From: Octopus vulgaris
Lineage: Eukaryota
Reading direction: 5' to 3'
DNA length: 64,000 nucleotides
Assembly (NCBI GenBank): GCA_951406725.2
Contig: OX597839.1
Location: forward strand, 36,270,001-36,334,000
Under the pieces are notes generated by a model. It made no database searches. It was not told where the DNA came from and saw only the letters and a list, made by a program, of their open reading frames with translations. Shown here one piece after another: positions 27,801-38,976 of the stretch. The position numbers and the translations under genes were made by a program. Each line of letters opens with the position of its first letter. The stretch's first letter is position 1.

Positions 27801-30800
27801 ATGAGGGTAATTTACAGTGATGACGGGTTCGCAATATTTATTGGGTCAGATGCGGTCCCTATTTTAACCCTTTAGCCTGTCAAATGTAATGCTTATTTAT
27901 TCACATTGTTTTGAATTAATCATGCATTATATCATATCTTTGAGATTTCAATGATGTGATAGTTTAACTTTAGAATGGACATTGCAGGGTAGGTGTGAGA
28001 GGCAAGATCTAGCCAGTTTGAAAATAAAACCTGTAGAAATATTTTGGTGTGATATGACCAGTTTGAATGCTAAAGGGTAAAAATATATTCTTATGTCTAC
28101 GGAAAATCACTGCAGTGCTGCCCTTCATATATTCAGCACTAATAAAACTCTTAATATTATAGTGTTCCATGATTGAAAGTGGCATTTTGTCCGTTTTTAC
28201 AATCCGAGTTCAAATGTCACCGCCGTCGATCAAATAAGTTATCTCCCCTTGTAGACAAGGGAATTAATCAAAACTGTTGTGCCTCGGCTTATCTCCCCTG
28301 TGCAATAGGGGAGATAACCAGTTCTGTATTCTAAGGGAGTTAACTAAATAGCTTTTTTAAACTGTGTGTGGATGAGATGCGACTTAATGCAGTGGGCTAA
28401 GCTGACATCAAGTTTGAATATGAAGGGAAAAAATTTTCTACCAAGATTTAGCAATAAATTTTACATGAAAATAACGTTTAAAATAAGACTCTTATAATTT
28501 CATTGGATAACTGTAAATTTGTCTATTATTTCTGTAGTCGAACCAGTAGCCGAGGCAGTCTACGGCGGGTGCCTGTAGTGTCTGTGTCGGGTCAGAAACA
28601 CTCAAAGTCGGAGAGTCAGAGTATGATGTCAAGCAAGTCATCGACGGCAGAAACACAGAGCGCTGAAAGGAAACCACTTGGAATCTGTGTAATGGGATTA
28701 CCTCTTCGATCCAGTGGTAAGTATCTCTCTTTGTCATTGCTAATCACTCTCTTCAAAGTGCGAGTTGCCATCTAGCTCTTCCACAACAAAAACCTGTTCT
28801 GCGCCCCCCTTCGTACTTTAACCCACCATCTTCAAGAAATAAAGCCAACTTCCCTTCTGTAGGTGGTCATGGATACCAGGCTCCAGTCTGATCTGGCAAT
28901 GTTTCTACAGCTGGATGCCCTTCCTAACGCCAACCACTCCGTGAGTGTAGTGGGTGCTTTTTACGTAAAAAGTCCCCACTACACTCACGGAGTGGTTGGC
29001 GTTAGGAAGGGCATCCAGCTGTAGAAACATTGCCAGATCAGACTGGAGCCTGGTGCAGCCTTCTGGCTTCCCAGACCCCGGTCGAATCGTCTAACCCATG
29101 CTAGCATGGAAAACGGACGTTAAACGATGATGATGATGATGATGATTTCTGTTGAAACAGACTGCTTTTGTATGAATTATTTTTTTTAAAATGATGTAGA
29201 ATTTAGTAAAGTACCTTTTGTCATTATTAAATTGTTTAGAATATAAACTAACATGAAATTTAGATGGCAGATATTTATTTAGATCATTTTAAAATCAGAA
29301 AAAATTGTATCAGAGCCAATGGACAGGTTGGTATCAAAAGGGTTAAATTTATATTAAAGTGAAAAAAATGGAGCTGAATAATTTAAAAGACATTATTAAA
29401 CACTTTAAGTGACACTAATTACAAATGAAATATATGTTTTCTTGTATTTTCAATCAGTTTAAATGAGTAATTGAATCTATGTTGTGGCTCGTTGTTTTGG
29501 GTCTATAGCAATCCAAATGTCCGCATGTCTTACTATAATTAAATATTAATTGTACTTTTATTTTGCAGATACTAGCCTTAGGGATGGGCTTTTTCATGAA
29601 TACAAAAAGCATGGTAAAGTAACTTCAGTGCAGGTGCTAGGACAAGGAGAAGAACGATATTCTGTGGTCAGTTTTAGAAAGTGAGTTCCCTCTTTCCATA
29701 TTCTGTAATTTCATTTACAAATGTTGCCAACAGTTTTTTTCTTTTGGATCAATCTTCTCCTGTTTTCTCTCTTTGTTTATTCACCTGTATTTTCCTATTA
29801 CCTTTAATATCCACATGATTGTCTTGTGTCATTAATATTGAAATGAAAAGATTGAGTTTTATGGGTTTTTTTGTAAACTTTTTGTACAATTCATTCTGTT
29901 GCAGACCAGAGGATGCTGCAAAGGCCTTGGAAGCTTCTCAAGATAAGATGTTTTTTGGGAAGAAAATTAAAGTTATGGCACATGAAGGTGTAGGTTAGTA
30001 GTCTCTTTACTTGACAAATATATTGAGTTGTGTTGTGTATTGAAATGTGTGGAGTGAAGTTCTTGTGAATAGACACCTCATGAAAGTACAAGTGTTTAAA
30101 AAAAATATTGTGTGGAGATACAGATGTATATGGATGTTGTGTAGAAACTCTATGGTGGTATAAGTAGTAAATAGGTAATGAGTAGAGGTACACAGGTAAA
30201 TAGATACTTGCAGTCGGTTGGACGTCAACTGCAATGTAAACTTAAATTCTATATAATTGAGTACCGTCAGGAATTATTTATTTCTGTTACAAACTTGTGA
30301 GAAGTGTGTTGCATTTTGTTAGCAACTGCAATGGTGAGTGGGAAAAAAAAAAAGGTAAACAACTTGCTCTGAGCCTTGTTACCTGTTTGAAGAAAGTAGA
30401 ATGGAGGTACTTGTGTAAGAACAGTTCCCTAATTGAACAAATGAACAGTTTTTCTGAAGAATATGAAATTCACACAAGCTGATATTTGATCAGTTGACCA
30501 AGAGCAGACGACACATGAAGTGACTGGGAACCCATTCTCTTACCAAACTGAAATTTGAGCAACAAACCATCACTAGACTATGCATGTATGTAAGTGTCTA
30601 GGAGTGCATGTGCAAATGGTCCTTTATGATTCGTGTTTGCATTTCCTGTAGCTTCAGATTTTCATATTTTGTACAGAAAATTATAACATTTTCTAAAACA
30701 TAAACCATAGATTGATAGAAACAAGACGAGAGGGAAAATATGCACACGTATCTATCTATCTATGTATTTGCTGTTGATAGATGGACAAATAAAACCTCAT

Positions 30801-33800
30801 TTCATGTATTTATGTGGGTGTGGCTTGGAATGGATTACCTCCTAGTGGCATGTTTTTCAATTATTCATGCAACAAAAAATTTGGTTAACATTAAGTTATA
30901 ATAATATAGAGAGGCCCCACTGTACTCCCTTTTTTTTTCTTACATGAAGTGTTCAGGGTTGTGCCAACAACCCAACAATTATGGCCCCTTAAACTATAAG
31001 CTTGTGTGAATATATGCCACAAAGGAGAGTGTGTGTTTATGTTTCTGAAGTTGTCCGTAGTAGATTTTCTTGTTGCCAATGCTGGAGAGGTTAATAAACT
31101 TGTTTTATGTTTCTGTTTTACTGTTTTATTCCCAGAAGTTGAAGATAATGAATTCCGTCCTCCTGAGGCTGAGTGTGATGAATATCATCCAAAGGCCACA
31201 CGGACATTGTTTGTTGGTAACTTGGAGAAAGAGATTACAACACAAGAACTAAGAGACCGTTTCAAGTCGTTTGGAGAAATCATAGTGAGTCACTCTCACA
31301 CTTTCTGTTGAGTCGTTAACGGTGTTTGGGTTTCATCTTTGGTTTATTACAGAAGTGCTTTGATGGTGGGACAACATAGTGTTAAATGGCTGTGGTTGAG
31401 AAGCTCTCTTCCAAGCCATATGGTCTTGAATTCAATCCCACTGTGTAGTACCTCAGCAAAGGGTCTTCAGCTCTAGCCTGGGGTTGACACATGGGTTATG
31501 AGTGGATTTGGGAAACTGGAAGAAGCCTGTTGTGTGTGTACTTTTGTTTTGATATCACATGATGCTTGTAAATGAGCATCGTTGTCTTATGGGTGAGGTT
31601 GTTTATTTGCAAATTCCCATGAAGAACATCTCTGGCTGTGAGTGCATATGACCTTGTTTGGAAACAGGTGAGGGTATCTAGCCATAGAAAATCTGCCTCA
31701 ATGTATTCCATCTGACCCCATGCAAGCATGGAACCACGGACAATAACCCTTTAGGGTTCACACTATTCTGCCCAAATTAATCCTTTTTTATCCACATTGT
31801 CTTGAACTAATTATGTATTATCTTGTAACTATGAGATTTTGATGAGGTAGCCGTTAATTTTTAAAATGATATTGTAGGGTTAGTGTGAGAGACCAGATCT
31901 GGCCAGTTTGAACATAAAACAGGCAAAATACTTTTGGCCGGATGTGGCCGGTTGAAATGCTAAAGGGTTAAATGATAATGTTGATAACAGTTGTTGTTGT
32001 TGTTGTGCTCTAGGTCAAAGTTCATAATTCTTCTGGCTTTCATTTAGTTGATAAATTTGGTTTCATTCTTCTTGCTTAACTGAATGATCTGAAACTGGGA
32101 GCAAAATGCATCCAATGACAAGCAATTGTTGCAAAAAAGTATGCAAATGGGGGGGGGGAAACTGTATCAGAGAAACATTTAAAAATAACTGAGAGATTAA
32201 CATTCCCAAAGATGGTAATTGTTGATGATTATCATTTAATATAATCCAAATTATATCCTTGTTCACAAGACCCTCTTGTTTATCTAACTATTACTTCCCA
32301 TCCTTTCTACATTAGTCGACCTATTTTATTCAATGTGTTTTTTTGTTGTTGTTAAAAGTGTCTTCTGTTGTCTAATTCCTACCACTTCATTAATCTTCCA
32401 CTTGGTCCTGCTCTAGTTTGAACCGTTTCTCATTAAACTTCGATTGACGGTTTTCTGCAGTTGTATGTGATGTTTTGTTTTTTTTTGTAAATTGAATAGC
32501 TTAGCTGTTTTTGGACCATTTCTATATGGTTTTCTTAAATGTGTGTGTGTTTTTTTCTTTCCTTTCCTTCATCAGGATATTGATATCAAACGCCAGGGTG
32601 CAGTATCTGCCTATGCATTTGTACAGTATGCAGATATCACAAGTGTTGTCAAGTCACTACGTAAAATGGAAGGAGAACACATAGGAGCGAATAAAATAAA
32701 GGTTCTTTTTAGCTTTTATTCATCTTGTTTGTCAATTCCCTTAAACCTTTCTAAGTGTTACGGTGGTGAACTGAAGCAAATCTGGTTTGAAAATGTGTTT
32801 GTTTTCTGTTAGCAGATCTAACATCCTTCTTGTAAGGTCAAATACTGCTCGTTTAAAACAAATGCCACAATCTTTTCTATCAACCTGTTAGAATAGTAAA
32901 GAAACAAACTATTCTATTGTTTCTGTTCACATTGTTTTGCATTTTTGTTCTTCTATAATTTGTCTGTTTTGTTCAAATTTAATTTTAATTCAATTCAATT
33001 TTATTTTATTTTCTTTTCAGTTGGGATTCGGGAAAAGCATGCCTACCAATTGTGTTTGGCTTGATAACTTGTCCGAGTCGGTGACGGAAAAGCTTCTGTG
33101 TCAACAGTTTGGTCGTTATGGTGAAGTTAGTCATGCTGTGATTGATCGCTGCAAAGGCAGGGCACTAATCTATTTTACTAGTATGGACACTGCACAATAT
33201 GCAGTTAATGAGATGCGGAGCAGAATTTTAAAGAAAAAACGAATACAGGTAATTCACCATGTGACCTTTTTTTTCCGTTTTTTTTCTTTTTCATTTTTTT
33301 AAAATCTTATATATATTTCTTTTGTGCCAAAATATTTTCATTTACCTCCCCTGACCTGTTTTTTTAATATATATGGTGGCATCATTAAATTTAAAGACAA
33401 TTATAAACTGAAGATTAAACACATTCGTTATTTTTATGTTTGTCAGGATTCAAACTATGGATGGAGAGTAAGGGAATTTTTTTTACTTTTGAAGAATGTA
33501 AATAAAAAAACATTAAGGCAGTTATTGACACAAAAATGAACCTTTTTTTAAACATCAGAACATTTAGCCTTTTCTTACTATATTTCTGTTGAAATACTCT
33601 GTTTTTATTTCTGTTAGCTTTGAAATTTGTAAGAATTATTAATCTGGTATTTCAAACCTGAAAGTTTGATGGAATGTTTCATTTTAGGTCAATTTAAAAA
33701 CAGGAAGTTTATATTGTAGAATCGGGAGTGGTCTCAGGCAAGTTAGCATCGAAAGAGTTTAAAACAATACAATTCTTTTCTCAATAGAATGGAATGTGTA

Positions 33801-36800
33801 CATTAAAGATCAAGAACAATAATCTTTGTGGCCATGTAATAATAATAATAATAATAATAATACAATTCAATCTTATTTCCTGCATTTCCTCCCTCTGTTG
33901 ACCTGTTTCCATAAGTTTTCTTTCCATAAGTTTTCTATCAGATTTAAATCCAGGTATTGTGTTGACCTGAGTGTAGCGTACACATATTTCTTTGATTTTA
34001 GTGAATTTCTTATCCAAGAAATATTAACCCAATTCTCTTTTGATGTGATTCCAGTCCCATTCATTTGTTTGCATCTGATGACAGGTCTGCTGCCTTTTGT
34101 GGGAACTTTTGCCTGCTTCTTAGGACTGACTGACCCACAGTCAATGTCTGTTGGCATGGAACCCATCTCCACTTCAGTCTTTGAAGGTCTCATATATTCT
34201 GGGTGATGACTCTACCAAATCGAAATGACACTTGGCATATTGAAGCACAGTCTTCTCCAAGACTTGCACTGTCTATAATGTCGTTCATGTGACTGCCCTC
34301 CTCCTCGTCTATACATGGAGCCCCTAATCCATGTCAGTGCCACTACAATGTTTAACAGATTAATGTATTCTAGATGAAATATTACCATGCAATATCAGAC
34401 AAATACTGAGCCATGAGAGCTGAACAAATTGTCTTTGGACTTTTCTAGCCACAAGATTTTTGACCAATCTGAGAGCGTCTGTTTAAGTAATCTGAATATG
34501 GACCTGTTGGCTTTTTAGAGAAATGCACAGTTTCTTTTCGGTTTTTTTAACTTATGTGCAGCAGATACCATAAACCAAAACTGCTTTAATCAGTTCCTGA
34601 TAGGAGTGGCCCTACTCATCTGTGTGTAAGATTTTACTGTTGAAAGTTGATAACAGCTGTAGATGGATCTTGATCATTTCTTTGAGGATAAGCTCTTTTG
34701 TTTACCCATCATAATAACAAAACAATAACAGTTTCTCTAAATTAGACTATGATATTGAATATGGCAGCCTCATTAGTGCTGGTAGCACCAAAAAGAAAAG
34801 AAAAGCCTCCAGTGCACTCTGTCAAGGGGTTAGTGTTAGGAAGGGTTTCCAGCTGTAGAAACCATGCTAAAGATGGCATTGGGGCTCAGTATAGCTCTGC
34901 AACTTACAGCTTAAATATTGAGAGAGAGAGAGAGAGATAGTGTCCTTGTAAGATCATTGTTTCAATTCCTGGACCAAGTATTGCATTGTGTTCTTGTGCA
35001 AAATACTTCATTTCACTCAGCTAAAAATTAGCTCCAGCTATAGTGAGGAATTTAAGCCTGCAAAGGACCAGTGTCTCTTTCAATGGAAACGTGTTGTAAT
35101 CTCAGACAATCTTATGCCATAGAAACTGGATTTAGTTCCCATTTTATGAGCCTTGGGGTTCAAGATGAACCTAAGGCTGAGTTCAGTTTTACGGCTTTGT
35201 TAATATTATTTATCAATGACTGCTTTATGTTTGTTGAAAATGTTGATGTTTTGAAAGAGTTAACAATTATCTTTCTATTCATATGTAGTTTGAATCTTGA
35301 TTAAAGAAACAAAAATAATCACTGTTTAATGTCCTCAGTGTATATCTTGTTTTAAACTAAGTGATGCCACTAATACGTCTCTGACCATTGTTAGCATTTT
35401 TATACCATCCTGGTCTTTGTTTTATATTTACATCTTTACTGTGATATATATGTATATATATATATGCACATCCACTTGGCCTTTGTTGTTATATTCCCTC
35501 TTGACCTGAAAACCGTTATATAAAAGAACAATAAAATAGAATATGAACAGGCTTGATGCCTTCCAACTGCCTGGTTGTAAGGCACCAAGTCATTTGTAGC
35601 ATATTTATACAGAAGTGAGGACATATCTGCAGGATGGGCCGAAAGACACACACAAAATAAGCTCCACACACTCTGAAATTGTCAAAGACATGCTTTAGTT
35701 TTTACTAGAATTGAATAGAATAAATAAAATAATGATGAATACACATGTACTTGTGTATACGGAAGAAAATATATAATAATAATAATAATAACACAATATG
35801 AATAAAATGGCAGATATTCTGGTGTGTGATTTTTGGCCCATCCCGTATATATATATGCAAAACAAATGACTTGGTGTCTTGCAACTACCTGTTCATATCT
35901 TATTCCATTACACCTACATATTAGTTTGACCTGCCCATTGCCTAGAGCCAACTCTTATTTCCATGAATTATGTACCCCTTCGTCCAATGCTGGATTTTAG
36001 GCACTGAGTGTGGTCTGAGCACTTCCTCTGTCTCTACACGTTATATTATGTCGTTTTGACATTTCCCCCATCACTAAAATATATATATATGCACACACAC
36101 ATACATACAAACACTCAAACAACATATTCCTCATTTCTAAACTGTTCTTATTTCACTTAAATTACATAAATTGTGTCTCAAGTCATTTCTTTTCTCTCCT
36201 TTTTTCCATCATGGAATGTTCTTCTGGTTTCTATAATATCCAAACATGGAAGACTTTTTTTTTTTTCCTTTTTTTTTTTTTGTATTTTTCTGTTTGGTTA
36301 GAAACTTCTACATTTTGTTTGGTAGAAAGATAATAATAATTAAGTTTGGGTCTAATTGTCTGTCATCTCATGATTATTAATGATACCCCCCCTTCCCCTT
36401 CCCGAAGGAGCCCCCTATCCCCACTCCCCCTCTTCACAGCCTTTTCTTGCCAGTGGTTTAATGTTTATTTTCATTACTTCTCTAGAAATATAATTAATGA
36501 TGCATGGCTAAAAGAAAAAAAAAAAAAAGCAAGGGAATTTTTTTTATCTATTCCCTCTCCCCTTCCCCCCATCACCCCCACCCAGCCTCTCCATCTTGAT
36601 TTTGCTGTATTTCACATTTGCATGATATCTTTGTGTGGTTTGAACCTTTGATGGCTCCATTAGCAGCTTGTTGTTCTGACATAGTTATATAGTGGCCCCT
36701 GTAACACCTTGTGTCAGTCCCTCGACCCTGTCTTTACTTAACACATTCAAGCGAACATACTTAGACTCATTGCTGTTTGCGTTTGAACCGTTTTAGAAGC

Positions 36801-37682
36801 AATTAAACCAATCTAGTTTCCTATTTAATGTCGAGATAAACGTGTCACCAACTAGTTTTGATGGTTGCAGTGTTTCCGTAAATTAAAGCTTGTCAAGACA
36901 AATACTCTCAGATTTTAAATTGTAGAAAGAAATAAGTCTATTTTGTGATAAAAACTGTAGAAATGTTGGTATGGATGTGCAGTTAGGAAGCTCGCTTTGC
37001 AGCCATGCCATTTTGAGTTCTGTCCCCGTGCACAGAACCTCGGGTAAGTGTATTCTTCTGTGGCCACAGGGTTGACCAGTCTTTCGCAAATGAATTTGAT
37101 AGTTGGCAGGCAGAAACGTGTGTGTGTGTGTGTGTGTTTGTCCCTCTTTCCGCACAGCTTTGGCAGCTGTTGTTGGTTTGTTTACATCCCTGTAACTTAG
37201 TGGTTCAGCAAAAGAGGCCTATAGAATAAGTTACTAGGTTTTTAAAAACAATGAGTATTTGGGGTTGGTTTGCTTGACTGAAACCCTCCAAGGCAGTACT
37301 CCAGCATGGCCGCAGCCTAGTGACTGAAACAAGTAAACAATAAATAAATGGATGATGATGATAATAGTGATATCGATGATGATGATGATGATGATGCCTA
37401 CTCCATAAACCAACACATTGTTTAATGTCCTTTAGTCAGTGAAAAGATAATCGCCAGTTATTATAATTTACAAGCTGTAACTTGTTAGCTAAATTGAAAT
37501 ACTAATTATAGTTTAATTAACTTGTTTCTATATTCATTTAATTCTTTTTTTTTTTTTTGTTATAATAATTTTTTTTTATTGCAATAGAATTTTTTTATTA
37601 TTTATTTCTGATTTAAAAACAATTACATTTTTTTTTTCATTCCCTTTCTGCCCACCTCCCGTTACCAGATGTCATTGAAGGG

Positions 37683-37714
<32 letters not shown>

Positions 37715-38933
37715 CATTATTATTATTATTATTATTATTGTTATTATTATTATTTTGTTAGACTTCTTACACATCCTTATTAATTAAGTTCACCATCTTG
37801 TATAATTCCCCTGACTGGAATAGAGGGAGAGCAAACAGTAGGTTTAGACTTTTTCCTTTCTCTGAGGCCATTATTGCCGAGTTTGCTTACTGGAAAATCT
37901 CTTCCCCTCTCCCCTCTCTCCTCTCTGCCTCATTCATCCTGCCATGAAATGACTCGGACCATGTTGGTTCATGTTCGTTAGTCATTGTATATGAATGGAG
38001 GCAGATGTCACAGTCTGTCCGTACATAGTTAGCTGGTTAACAGTTTCTCTGAAATGAATTAAAAACAAACAAACAGAAAACTGCTTTAAAACACTCTCTC
38101 TCCTTCTATCTATTTATCTATCTATCTGTTTGTTTCTATCTCTTTCACATAAAATCCACATTCACAAAAACACGCATGCACACCTTATATGTCCATCAGA
38201 ATTATTTTGTCTGGGTGTTACTTCCCTGAGTTAATTATCAAACAGGCAATATGTTGCAGATTGTGTACATGGGTACACATCTACAGACAGCACATCGTTG
38301 TATATATATATTTTTGTGCATGTAAGTTTTGAGATTTTATTCAAATTTTTGTGCTGTGGATTGCTGTGTGTTCAGGGCATAAATTTTACCCTAACAACCA
38401 AATCACTTGCTATGCTGTGCAGTCGTGTGCACATGAATTCATTATAGAACACGTGCATGCAAAATATACTCGTGTGCACAAGGTAGAATTTTGTGCACCT
38501 AAGGTTTTCAAAATGAAATCAAATTTCTTTTCTAACTGAAGAAAATAATTAATCTATATAATTTCATGATAAAAAATGTTTTAGAAAAAAACATTTTAAA
38601 ATGTTGTGCACTTGTTTAGGTGACCCATGTGGCATCTGGTTTTAGAGTGACATGGTACCAAATGCTTACGGCGCCAATATCTTGTCACTTGTTCCGTAGT
38701 TGGAGTGTTAGTCTTTTTGTGGGGGTTGGGTGAAGGGATCCCCTTTAAACCTTGTCTTGGGTTGATAAAATAAGTACCACGATTTTTATTTATTTTTGTA
38801 TCTTTTAAAATCTTTTTCCCTCTCCTATATTTGCCCTTACCACATCTATTCTGAGGGTATTAATGTAGAAATGAAAATTATTATTTTACTGTAAAACAAA
38901 ATTCCCCAAATAAACCCTTTTCTTCTTTCTTTC

Positions 38934-38976
<43 letters not shown>

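Noticed and set aside
36677-36786. Two short adjacent hairpins
   Set aside because: Stems rely on G-U pairs and bulges in AT-rich sequence; not distinguishable from chance without computation.
37669-37681. Possible microexon after a strong pyrimidine tract (cag|atgtcattgaagg|gtttat)
   Set aside because: The donor is poor and the length of 13 nt has no other support.
37924-38015. H/ACA snoRNA reading of the hairpin (ACA follows at about 38010)
   Set aside because: ACA is about 23 nt from the upper stem rather than the usual 14-16, and no H box or second hairpin is evident.
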